Assembly (NCBI GenBank): GCA_029838195.1
Contig: JALGVJ010000003.1
Location: forward strand, 96,001-160,000
DNA from: Promethearchaeota archaeon
GTDB taxonomy: Archaea; Asgardarchaeota; Lokiarchaeia; Sigyniarchaeales; SOKP01
Length of the DNA: 64,000 bases
Reading direction: 5' to 3'
This document shows positions 31,065 through 40,488 of this stretch, piece after piece. How positions within the stretch are numbered: position 1 is the stretch's first letter; every line of letters starts with the position of its first letter. Both the position numbers and the translations under genes were made by a program. The notes under the pieces were generated by a model. That model had not been told where the DNA came from. It did no database searches and worked only from the letters and a program-made list of their open reading frames with translations.

Positions 31065-31280
31065 TCATTTTTCAACTTTCTTCTCCCCTTTTATCGTGTC
31101 CCATTTAATCGTCTCAACTTTTGTATTAAAATTCGTCTGCGTAAACGCTATGAGCTTACCATATAATTCTTGAAATTCCTTTAAATTGATACATTTATCT
31201 CTTTCTTCATCTGACTTGAAAGAGAGTATAATTGAATAGGAATGCATCGGAAGGCGCTTTAATCTCGTTTTTTGAGACAT
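31065..31280 (-). CDS. Small hypothetical protein
   Basis: 71-aa ATG-started ORF with protein-like composition, co-oriented upstream of the ABC operon. Confidence 0.5.
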   Translation of the reverse strand: MSQKTRLKRLPMHSYSIILSFKSDEERDKCINLKEFQELYGKLIAFTQTNFNTKVETIKWDTIKGEKKVEK

Positions 31281-31448
31281 GACAAGTCAATAAATAGCAC
31301 TTTGATAATTAAAAAAAATCAATCCATATTAAATTATCGAAAAATGTAAACAAATGTTAACAAAATTCTTGTACCTTTAAATTCGTGTAAGTTCTCATTT
31401 CTCAAGAAATTAGTTCATTTCATTATTTAAAATTGATGGAAATACATT

Positions 31449-31663
31449 TTTTACGATAGAATGAATAGTTCCTTTATTGATTTTGTTTTTTCAATAAAAA
31501 AATAAATTTCCATGAGAAATCATGATGGATAAAAATTATTTTAATAACATTAAATAATAAAATACTCTACGAAAAGGAAATCAAAAAGTTAAACAATTAA
31601 TTACTTGTTTTCAGATCCCCGATATTTTAAAATTTTTTCAGGCATTGAAAAAAATTCTTTTCC
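31449..31663. repeat. Direct repeat A, copy 1: decayed copy of the 3' end and downstream region of gene 34331-35443
   Basis: Aligns by eye with 34175-34394, e.g. TTACGATAGAATGAATAG, CATGAGAAATCATGAT, AATAATAAAATACTCTACGAAAAGGAAATCAA, CCCGATATTTTAA. Confidence 0.9.
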
Positions 31664-31733
31664 CTATTTAATATTATAAACAAGGAAATTAACTAAATTT
31701 TATAAATGATAGAATTAAAAAAAGCTATATTAA

Positions 31734-33203
31734 TTATATCCCAAGTTCTTTTAATTTAGCTTTATTTTCAAGTACGATTTCTTTAGTCAAAGGGAAAAAT
31801 TTCCAAAAAATCAGAACTCCTGTTAATAATACAATTGCTGGAATCACTCCGGCAAGTAAGCGAATTCCGAAAAGCACTAAATTAATATCACCCCCAGCAG
31901 CCGTAACTGCTACTACCATGTCCTCATAAGTAGCTTGACCCGGTATAAAACCAGTGAGATTATGAACAAGGGCAATAAGTCCTTCATCGATTGTCGTAAA
32001 AAATGTACCAATGAATCCTAAAACACCAAAAATGATTGCCTTTTGAGAAGTTTTCATTTTTACTCCAAAATCATCTACAACAATTGCCTGTATTGTTGTG
32101 TACATTAATCCCCAAAAGCTTCCCATAAAAACCCCAAGAATAAACATTGCGATGAAAAATTCGATTAATGTGGATGCGAAAGTAAGAGAAAAGAGAGCTG
32201 CGGATGTTAAAAGACCCCCAATAATAAGCGTTTTTTTATTACCTTTTTTTTTTAGAAGTTTTAACCAGAATGGTTGGGAGATAATGACGGCTATTATTAA
32301 ATCAGCTAATAAAATCATCATGTCATCCGGGCTACCCCGTAAAATAAATGTGTTAAGATAAACTGAGCTTTCCAACAATAAATTGTAAGTTATAACCCAA
32401 GATGCCAAAAGAATTATATAAATTAATACGCTTCTAGTTTTTAGGCCATTCTTTACACTTGTAATGAAATTCATGCGTTCTTTATTCTCATCGATACTAA
32501 AATATCTCTCTTTGACTATTTTATCCTCCCAATTGCCCGGGAGAGAAATTATACAAAAAATTAGTGCCAGTATCGTGAAAACTCCAGCCATAAAAACAAA
32601 ACCACTCTTCGTGTTGCCCGTACCAATTAAATATGGTCCAATTATCATGGCAACAATCGTAGATGCTATATCCATGCCGATCCACCATGGTACCAGATTC
32701 CGTCTCTCTTTTTCGGTACGAAATATATCAGGACGAACCACACCAATATTAAGGCCATAAAATACCAAGAAAGTGTCTTGTAAACTCAGCATTACTATTA
32801 AATACCAGAAAAGAGGCCAAGGATTCGTAGTAATATCAATAGCAGGAGTAGCAAAAATAAAATAAAAACTTATACACCAGGGGAAAAATCCTAAAATCAT
32901 CCAAGGAAATCGTCTCCCCCACTTTTTAGTAAACCGAGTATTACGATCCATTAAATAGGATAATAGAGGATCATTGATCGCATTATATATTGTAAACAGA
33001 CTCATGGCAGAGAAAATAATTGCTCCATTTAACCCCAAAACGACTTCATAGAAAAAATATAAATAGATAGACATTGGAGTTCCTATAATGTTAAAGGCGA
33101 ATTGAGAAGAACTATTAGATGCATATTTCCACCACCGATGTCTTGACTTAGGAGCTTCATACTCTAAAGTTATGCTTCCTTTTCCTGTATCATTCATTAT
33201 CAA
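31734..33203 (-). CDS. MFS transporter, GPH/MelB (MFS_2) family; likely start is the ATG at 33197
   Basis: YNAINDPL...D.NTRFTKKWGRRFPW; about 12 TM segments. Confidence 0.9.
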   Translation of the reverse strand: MIMNDTGKGSITLEYEAPKSRHRWWKYASNSSSQFAFNIIGTPMSIYLYFFYEVVLGLNGAIIFSAMSLFTIYNAINDPLLSYLMDRNTRFTKKWGRRFPWMILGFFPWCISFYFIFATPAIDITTNPWPLFWYLIVMLSLQDTFLVFYGLNIGVVRPDIFRTEKERRNLVPWWIGMDIASTIVAMIIGPYLIGTGNTKSGFVFMAGVFTILALIFCIISLPGNWEDKIVKERYFSIDENKERMNFITSVKNGLKTRSVLIYIILLASWVITYNLLLESSVYLNTFILRGSPDDMMILLADLIIAVIISQPFWLKLLKKKGNKKTLIIGGLLTSAALFSLTFASTLIEFFIAMFILGVFMGSFWGLMYTTIQAIVVDDFGVKMKTSQKAIIFGVLGFIGTFFTTIDEGLIALVHNLTGFIPGQATYEDMVVAVTAAGGDINLVLFGIRLLAGVIPAIVLLTGVLIFWKFFPLTKEIVLENKAKLKELGI

Positions 33204-33571
33204 TCAATTAAAAAAAATTTTATTTGTTGTTTTACATGAGAATATTTTTAAGTTTATAATATAGCTTGCTTTTTAAGTTTTTTAAATTTCATGTTGAAAA
33301 ACCTTTAATTATACAGCATCTAATTTCGTCGCTCCTTCAGAAAATCATTTTTCTAAACGGCTGAAAATCTCACGTGCCATCCTTGCACCAATTTAATTTT
33401 TTTAAATTTGAAGCCAAAAAATTAAATGAAAATTTCTGTTAAGCGAAAAATATTAATTTAAGGTCAGAATTATACCAAAACATTTAAAAGAGCCCCAGGA
33501 TTGAGGATCTCAAAAACACGAGGAAAACAATTGCTCATCTTAAAATATAAAAAAAGCCCTCGGTCATCCAA

Positions 33572-34186
33572 ATGCAGCTCACGGATTATCTCTCTCCTCC
33601 CAAAATACAAGCTTTCTGGATGAACATTCCAAAAGAATACAGGATGGCGATAAAACTCTTATATAGGGTGCCCTGAAGGGCACCCCGAAAATGAGGTGGG
33701 AAGCGAGATCATGCTAAATTGTTCTATAAGATGGACCAATTCATTAAAAAGGCGTATTTAACGACAATTAAACCGAAATTTCTAGAAGGTTTAGAGAAGT
33801 GCCCGTGCTGAGTCAATCAGAGATACACTACGAGGGCATCAGTAAATTCGAAAAAATGATGTTGAAGGCCTTCCGGGTTTACCGGTTTTTTTGAACACGT
33901 GATCTATTGCAATGATTTCTTCTTTTTTGATGAGCTTCAAGAAGAATTAGAAGCAAAGGGCTTTTCTTTTAGGAATCGATTCTTACATGATATCATCATT
34001 TTTGAACTTTCCCGGATTCATTTAGGCATTGAGAATTATGTTTCTTACGTGAATGCCGTTAAATTATTTCAAGCAAATTATCTCCTGAGCGTGCTCCATA
34101 ACCCGACCCATCTTCTCGATGCAGATATCGTCAGTAATACCCTTCGGGTAGTCCCTTTAGAGAAATTGAAGCTGTTTTTACGATAG
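33572..34186 (+). pseudogene. Decayed, 3'-truncated ORF of ~200 codons, possibly the N-terminal part of an IS transposase
   Basis: One protein can be threaded through two in-frame TGA codons and two frameshifts (MQLTDYLSPP...RVP*RAPRK*GGKRDH...LEK / VPVLSQSEIHY...RFF / EHVIYCNDFFFFDELQEELE...). The segment is more GC-rich than its flanks and ends at repeat A copy 2. The transposase assignment is tentative. Confidence 0.5.
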
Positions 34187-34394
34187 AATGAATAGCTCTT
34201 TTATTGGTTTTGTATTTTCAATAAAAAAAAATAAATTTTCATGAGAAATCATGATAGATAAAAATTACTTTAATAACATTTAAATAATAAAATACTCTAC
34301 GAAAAGGAAATCAACGAGTTAAAAAATTAATTACTTGCTTCCGGATTCCCGATATTTTAATATTTTTTCATGCAGTGAAAAAAAATCCTTTTCC
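34175..34394. repeat. Direct repeat A, copy 2 (includes the intact 3' end of the 4Fe-4S gene)
   Basis: Aligns with 31449-31663. Confidence 0.9.
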
Positions 34395-35443
34395 GGCCTG
34401 AGATATTTTAAATCTTTCCTCGGAACTATTTTTATGGCATCATTTGAACATTTAAAAAAGCATAACCCGCAGCCAATACACCAATCTTCATCAACTTTAG
34501 CCTTGTTATCTTTCACGATGATTGCATTTGTAGGACAAATCTCGCTACAATTCCCGCAGCCCGTACATTTTTCCACAGATGTTTCACGAATGAAATATGT
34601 AGCGATAATTTCATCTCGTGGCACGTGCCTCCTGCGAATTCTTCCTAAGTTCCAACAAGAGCACCCGCAGCAATTACAAGCTTGCTGGATGTTTCCCATG
34701 GCATTATCAGTAAAATGAACAAGACCCGCTTCTGATGCTTTTTTATTGATTTCCAAGGCCTCAGCAGTAGAAATTTCTCTTGCAAAGCCATTTTCAATCA
34801 TGTATCGAGCTAAATCATTGAATTTCATGCAAACTTCAGTTGGATGGTTGCAACCACGGTTTAATAACTTCATTTCCACGCGACACATGCAATGGGCAAC
34901 GGCTATTATTTCAACACTTTTTATTATATTTTCCATGACGTGAAAAGGAAGAACGCCCTGAGTAGGTACATCAATTGCTTTCTTAACCGGAACAAATCTG
35001 TAGGGAAGGGGCTTAGTACAAAAGGTTTTTTTGGTCACATCGAGATCATAGTAGGAAATGATTTGCCGTGCTAAATCTCTTTTTTCGGGGGTGTCTTCAT
35101 TTTTCCAGAAAAAGATTTGAGGAAATCCAAATCCCGGTTGTTGGAGTGCATATTTATAGATACCGGTGTCCTTATCCTTGCTTGAAAACATGAAGCCACG
35201 TTTCGAAAGATTTTTTACAAGGGTTTTTAATCTTTTTAATGAAAATTCTGTAGTTTTTGAAATCTCTTCCAAACTAATTCCTTTAAAGGGCACTTGCTTG
35301 GAAGGAAGGGCTAATAATACTCTTGCTTCTTCAGATGTTAAATGTTTTCTCAAAATTGTTAGGAGATCATCTTTAGGAGGAAAACTCATGCCTAATAAAG
35401 ATAAATGATGCATTAATTTTACATGGACATCTTCTTGAGACAT
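34331..35443 (-). CDS. 4Fe-4S dicluster protein with an N-terminal winged-helix-like region
   Basis: CMCR, CNCCGCSC, CTGCGNCSEICP and CIGCGLCFFKC. Confidence 0.85.
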   Translation of the reverse strand: MSQEDVHVKLMHHLSLLGMSFPPKDDLLTILRKHLTSEEARVLLALPSKQVPFKGISLEEISKTTEFSLKRLKTLVKNLSKRGFMFSSKDKDTGIYKYALQQPGFGFPQIFFWKNEDTPEKRDLARQIISYYDLDVTKKTFCTKPLPYRFVPVKKAIDVPTQGVLPFHVMENIIKSVEIIAVAHCMCRVEMKLLNRGCNHPTEVCMKFNDLARYMIENGFAREISTAEALEINKKASEAGLVHFTDNAMGNIQQACNCCGCSCWNLGRIRRRHVPRDEIIATYFIRETSVEKCTGCGNCSEICPTNAIIVKDNKAKVDEDWCIGCGLCFFKCSNDAIKIVPRKDLKYLRPEKDFFSLHEKILKYRESGSK

Positions 35444-35695
35444 TTTCTTTACTATTGATTAATAAATAACTCGAATTTATTAAAATTGCAATGGTTATAA
35501 TAGAATTTAGAGTTTTTTCAAATTTTTGCTAATATACCATTATTTAAAAAGATGTAGTTTAATAGAGCCAATAAAAGTTCATGAGAGAATAAATATTAGC
35601 TAAATGATCATGAATATTTACTTTCTATAATGGGTAAATTGAGATAATAATGAGAATCCAAAGCAAAATGAATCAAAAATTACATGATATATTGT

Positions 35696-36061
35696 TCACG
35701 CATCAATGAGAGCAATGATAACGCCAATTATGCCTAGAAATAGTGATAAACTCAATAAAGAAGTCCCCACGAGAACTGCAATTTTAATTCTAAGTGGGAA
35801 AAAAATGATTTGAAGGAGCAGGCCAATTATTACCAAGATTCCTAAAACGTTTTTAGTTTTATACGAATATTTCATATCAGGTAATAACAAGATCATCATG
35901 ATTACTATTAGAATTAGCCCAAGAATGTCAATATTAATTTTTAATAAATACATCGTGACATCTTGCCAAAATGTTGTCATGGTGTACGTAAAAACCCCTA
36001 TAAATAGAAAGATTAAACCAATGGCCGACCAGATTAAATATTTCCGAATATTCATTCCCAA
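35696..36061 (-). CDS. Small hypothetical membrane protein (about 4 TM)
   Basis: Four hydrophobic segments in 121 aa. Confidence 0.6.
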   Translation of the reverse strand: MGMNIRKYLIWSAIGLIFLFIGVFTYTMTTFWQDVTMYLLKINIDILGLILIVIMMILLLPDMKYSYKTKNVLGILVIIGLLLQIIFFPLRIKIAVLVGTSLLSLSLFLGIIGVIIALIDA

Positions 36062-36243
36062 TAAATTTCTTCCATTCTTTTTAATTCATTTTTATTCAAT
36101 CTTTTCTTATAAATTAAATGAAATCTAAAATTAAAAATTTATTTCATGCATGGAATATATAAAATCCCTTTAAAGATATAAATGATTCAAACTTTCACTT
36201 GAATAGAGTGAGGTAAAAATATGATCATTGTTTTATTCTTTTG

Positions 36244-36972
36244 TCACGATTCTTTTTTTAATAGTTCTAATATTTTAGAAGATAGATCGAATTCCGCTTC
36301 CTTTTTAGATTTAAAATAGGGGGAAATAAGATTAGGAAAGTACTTTATCACGTTTCCTTCAGGATCCAAAATTCTTGGATGTTTAGCTCTCCATCTAAGG
36401 GCATGATCTGGTCCTGTTTTCTCAAATTCGAATTCTATTCTGGGAGTAAATCTCAATATTTTTTGCAGATATTCTAAGAGAATATTTTTATTGAATATGG
36501 GTGATTCTTTAATTACTTTATGTAAGGTGTTATAGAATTTGTTGACAATTTTTTCTTCCACAATGCGTAAATTATAATTAGAATCTAAAAAAATCGCTCC
36601 ACAAATCGCCTCCAAAATATCAGCAAGAATGGTACTATTTTCTAAATCCTCATCGGGTGTTGTAAAGATAAAATCTTGCAATTGGAAACAAGAACGAGCA
36701 ACCTTGCTCAGAATTTTATCATTTTCTATTTGTTGCTTTTTTTTTGTCAATTCTCCGGGATCTCGAAAATTTTCTTCATAAAGTTTTAAACTTAATATTA
36801 ATTTCAACACGGGATCCCCCAGAAATTCTAAAGGCTCATAATGTGGCAAGGACATGATATTTCCTAATTTAGGAGTGGTTAATGCAGCTTTTAGTAACTT
36901 ATCATCGTGAAATTCATATCCAATCCATTCTTGAAAACAGAGGATTTTATCAACTTCAGATTCTTTCATCAT
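36244..36972 (-). CDS. rnc: Ribonuclease III with a C-terminal dsRBD-like domain
   Basis: Signature YEPLEFLGD, ADILEAICGAIFLD, and dsRBD-like KNILLEYLQK...GPDH...SKKEAE. Confidence 0.9.
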   Translation of the reverse strand: MMKESEVDKILCFQEWIGYEFHDDKLLKAALTTPKLGNIMSLPHYEPLEFLGDPVLKLILSLKLYEENFRDPGELTKKKQQIENDKILSKVARSCFQLQDFIFTTPDEDLENSTILADILEAICGAIFLDSNYNLRIVEEKIVNKFYNTLHKVIKESPIFNKNILLEYLQKILRFTPRIEFEFEKTGPDHALRWRAKHPRILDPEGNVIKYFPNLISPYFKSKKEAEFDLSSKILELLKKES

Positions 36973-37024
36973 TATAAGAGCAAAACCACAAAAATTTAAA
37001 ATTTTTGCGCTGATTAATGTAAAT

Positions 37025-37459
37025 ATGGAAAAGAAGAATCGTGAGCATCTGCTTTTTTTAATAAAAAATTATAATAAAAAAAAGGAAGAATTTTTTCAGT
37101 ATCTTGAAAATCATACTAATATCACCAGAAAAGAAATGCTCCTGGAGATCTCGAAAAATATCTTGAAAAATAATGATTTATTAGAAAAAATTGGTTTTTC
37201 TGAAAAGGAAATCTCTAAAGAATTAGAGAACTTTAAGCACCCTCCCTTATCGGACGATATTATTAATGATTTCATGGAAAAAATTAAAAAAGATAAATCG
37301 AAAAAAGTACTGTATTTAAAAAAATTTCTCGAATTGTTTCAAGAAATTAATGAAAACGATAAGGCAGTTTTGCTTCAATCTTTAGAAAAAGAAGAAGATT
37401 TAAATAAATTATGTATTAAGATGAAATCATTATTCAATTCTTTCCCGATATCAAGATAA
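37025..37459 (+). CDS. Hypothetical charged helical protein
   Basis: 144-aa ORF filling the gap, divergent from rnc. Confidence 0.65.
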   Translation: MEKKNREHLLFLIKNYNKKKEEFFQYLENHTNITRKEMLLEISKNILKNNDLLEKIGFSEKEISKELENFKHPPLSDDIINDFMEKIKKDKSKKVLYLKKFLELFQEINENDKAVLLQSLEKEEDLNKLCIKMKSLFNSFPISR

Positions 37460-37538
37460 AACCAAGAAAATCTCAGCTTTTATATCTTTTATACTATTTT
37501 AAAATTGATTGAAAGTTATTCCTCTTTGGTCGTGCATG

Positions 37539-37934
37539 CTAACCCAACAAGCTAAACAAGTTATTTAATTCCATTACGTACTTGGAACCTTTAATCTTGA
37601 TTTTTCTAGTGATTAATTTCAAGAGCATTTTCAGGGTTGATAATTCTCCAGAAGCCAGTTTAAGGAATAATTCTGTCGTTGTTTCTAATTTTCCGTCCCA
37701 TCCTAAAACTTCTTTCTTTAAATTTTCCTTATTATCATTTTTTATGCCCTCAACCTCCACTGTTCCGTTTTTGACCTTGATCAGAGCAGCATATCTACCA
37801 TCGGTTGCATTGAGTAAGATCTTTAGGTCAGCATCTTTATATTGTTCCTTGAATTTTTCATTTGTATTTAGGGGTTCCAAATTTTTAGCAATGACACTAG
37901 CAAATCCACGCAGTTTTTTCTTTTTTTCTGCCAT
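37539..37934 (-). CDS. SCP2 sterol/lipid-binding-domain protein
   Basis: IKVKNGTVEV...LFLKLASGELS...LITRKIKIKG is the SCP2 C-terminal pattern. Confidence 0.75.
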   Translation of the reverse strand: MAEKKKKLRGFASVIAKNLEPLNTNEKFKEQYKDADLKILLNATDGRYAALIKVKNGTVEVEGIKNDNKENLKKEVLGWDGKLETTTELFLKLASGELSTLKMLLKLITRKIKIKGSKYVMELNNLFSLLG

Positions 37935-38277
37935 GGTTTTCTTTCCTCTTAATTTTAATTTTCATTGAATTTAATTTCATGATTACTTTTGAATTTAATT
38001 CAATTTTTTTCCCATTTAAATTTTTCTTTTTCTTTCACAAAAAATTATCTCATGGTTATTTCTCATTATCCTTATCATGGATCACTCCTAATGGGTACAA
38101 AATTTACAAACGCAAAATTAAATAGAGTCCCATGAATTGCTAATAAAAATTCGTGAAGAATTAACTTAAATTAGAAGGCTTGTTAATGGATGGGACAAAT
38201 TGGCTGGAATAAGGTATATTTTATTTTTAATTTTTAAAAAAATTTTTTCCCTCTTATCATTTATAACTTAAGATTTC

Positions 38278-39039
38278 TTGAATTCAATCATGGCAAATCA
38301 ACATTCCTATAGTTTTTTTGGTCAAAAATCCGCGTTTTTCTTTCAAAGTCCTTCAAAATTCGAAAAATATATCTATTTTAGGTTCATTAAAAAGAAGAAT
38401 GATGGGAGTTGGGAAAAACCATCTAAGAAGGAAGGGTTGGTGGTAAAACTTTCTCTCGAGGAGCAAGTCATGATTTTGGAAGTCTTAAAGAAAAATATCC
38501 TTTTATGGACTGGATTTCACACCTACAAGGATACCAAAACGCCCATATCAATTAAATGGGAAAATGCTAAAAAGAATCGGTTATGGTTAAATTTTGGTTC
38601 TTATGCAAAAATGCTACAAACGCCTGAAATCGAAATATTAAAAATGCTCATGACTCATATATTAGAAGAAAAAATAGAACATGCAACAAGCCTTATTTCG
38701 GGAAAAAAGCCTCGTGAGAAAACGGCAAACAAAAAATCCAACCATGCCGCTATAAAACACGATGCATCTTTTCAGCCAAAAGAGATGCGAGAAAATCCTT
38801 CTCACCAAAAATTACCAGTTTTAATTAAAGAAGAACCGAATAGCGAAGAATATACCACGCTTCGAGCACGAATAAAAGGTGAAACGGAAAAAGCGCTTCT
38901 ACTTTTAACAGAGGAGAACATGGAACGGTGGATCCCTAAATCCGCCATTAAATATCCTCTCGATTCGCAAAAAAAAGATATACCCCAATCTTTTCTTGTA
39001 AGGAATTGGGTATTAAGAAAATACAAAATTCTTTCTTGA
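38278..39039 (+). CDS. Hypothetical two-domain protein, candidate Whirly/PC4-like ssDNA-binding protein (likely start is the ATG at 38290)
   Basis: Duplicated beta-sheet/helix pattern (KLSLEE..IL / KMLQTPEIEIL), a low-complexity linker and a C-terminal ETEKA...WIPKS...W domain. Confidence 0.6.
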   Translation: MNSIMANQHSYSFFGQKSAFFFQSPSKFEKYIYFRFIKKKNDGSWEKPSKKEGLVVKLSLEEQVMILEVLKKNILLWTGFHTYKDTKTPISIKWENAKKNRLWLNFGSYAKMLQTPEIEILKMLMTHILEEKIEHATSLISGKKPREKTANKKSNHAAIKHDASFQPKEMRENPSHQKLPVLIKEEPNSEEYTTLRARIKGETEKALLLLTEENMERWIPKSAIKYPLDSQKKDIPQSFLVRNWVLRKYKILS

Positions 39040-39087
39040 GAAAGATGAAAGACATTGTTTTAATAGAAAATGGGGAGAATCGAAAAA

Positions 39088-39339
39088 TTACCAGCCACTT
39101 TCTTCTGAGGTGCCAAAGAATTCCTCATATGCTTTTCTATCTTCCCCTGAAATTTTAGAAATTTTAAGATTTTGTTTAATGACAACAGGTGCGGCTTCCT
39201 TATCATCATGGCGTATTTTTTTAATAATTTTATAATCTTCCGAATTTTTACCCATATCAAATTCCTTATCGCAAGCTTTACAATAAAGCTTTCCTTTTTT
39301 GGGTATTAACAAATTCGAACATTCCGGACAGAACCGCAT
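39088..39339 (-). CDS. TFS/RpoM-like protein with only the N-terminal zinc ribbon
   Basis: MRFCPECSNLLIPKKGKLYCKAC; strong GAGGAGGT RBS; no C-terminal catalytic ribbon. Confidence 0.8.
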   Translation of the reverse strand: MRFCPECSNLLIPKKGKLYCKACDKEFDMGKNSEDYKIIKKIRHDDKEAAPVVIKQNLKISKISGEDRKAYEEFFGTSEESGW

Positions 39340-39718
39340 TATTAATCAACCTCCTCGTGATGTTGTTGTATTTTTCTAATTCTCCTATTTAAAGTTTACG
39401 GTATCTTGTTATTTTTAAAAGAACAAAAATATATAAACAAAATCCATTAATAAATTTATTGCTTTTTGAATAAATTCTTTTCTTGAAAAAATAAAAATTT
39501 TTCTTTTTCAATAATTTATCATTCAAAATTTTTTGGGATAGCTTAGAACTTCTTTAGAGCTTTTTCATATATCAGCAATTATCAAGAGATTAATACCATG
39601 GAGGAAGTTTTAGTACAAATAAGTAATTAATCAAAAAGATATTCATTTAATTTATTCTTTCTTTAGTTTAATTATCGGTATTAAAGAAATTATTGATTAA
39701 AAACAAGGTAAAAGTTTC

Positions 39719-40453
39719 ATGAAATCATCCAAAACATTAATAATTGCTCATCGTGGAGCTTCAAAAATCTGTCCTGAAAATACTTTAAAAGCCTTTCGAA
39801 AAGCCATTGAATTAAAAGCAGATTATATCGAATTTGACGTGCAAAAATCTAAAGATGATGAATTAGTAGTAATTCATGATGAAGACACGCTTCGCACCAC
39901 GGGAGTAAAGGGTTTAATTAATAACATGACACTAAAAGAGATAAAAAAATTAGATGCGGGGGAAGGAGAGCAAATACCTACTCTTGAGGAAGTAATAGAC
40001 TTAACTGCCGGTAAAATCGGTTTAAATTGTGAAATAAAGGTAGCGGGGATTGGTGAACGTGTTGTTGAGGTGTTTAAAAAAGAAGGTATCTTAGATTCTG
40101 TCATGATATCCTCATTCTTACACGATGAATTAATCAAAATAAAAAAAATGGAACGTTCCGTAACAATCGCCTCATTAGAGCCCTCAGACGGGAACATGCG
40201 ATTTACTACGGAAACAAAAAAACAAATGGTTCAATTCGTTGAAAAAAACCAATTTCAAGCACTCAATCTCGTATATTCTTTAGTAGATAAACAACTGGTT
40301 CAATGGGCTCATGAAAAAAACATTAAAATCATCCCGTGGACCGTGGATACTAAAATTGGAATGAAACGGCTGTTGAAATTAGGGGTGGATGGAATAATAA
40401 CCAATGATGTTGAACTCTTAAAAGAGGTATTAAGGCAATATAGAAGTACTTAA
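39719..40453 (+). CDS. Glycerophosphodiester phosphodiesterase (UgpQ/GlpQ family)
   Basis: IAHRGAS..PENT, IEFDV, VIHD and WTVD...GVDGIITN. Confidence 0.95.
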   Translation: MKSSKTLIIAHRGASKICPENTLKAFRKAIELKADYIEFDVQKSKDDELVVIHDEDTLRTTGVKGLINNMTLKEIKKLDAGEGEQIPTLEEVIDLTAGKIGLNCEIKVAGIGERVVEVFKKEGILDSVMISSFLHDELIKIKKMERSVTIASLEPSDGNMRFTTETKKQMVQFVEKNQFQALNLVYSLVDKQLVQWAHEKNIKIIPWTVDTKIGMKRLLKLGVDGIITNDVELLKEVLRQYRST

Positions 40454-40488
40454 GCAATAAAAACAAAATTTATTTATACTGAAATTAA

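Noticed and set aside
31065-31280. Small ORF as part of the ABC/protease operon
   Set aside because: A 163-bp gap with TATA-like sequence separates it from the ATPase, and co-orientation is the only evidence of linkage.
33674-33694. In-frame TGA codons as possible selenocysteine recoding
   Set aside because: They sit in an Arg-rich, non-redox context in a sequence that also has frameshifts and truncation. CGA>TGA decay is simpler, and I recognised no SECIS.
39000-39090. Frameshifted or read-through C-terminal ribbon for the TFS-like gene
   Set aside because: The stop is TAA, I found no CxxC or acidic-hairpin sequence downstream, and the convergent gene ends at 39039.
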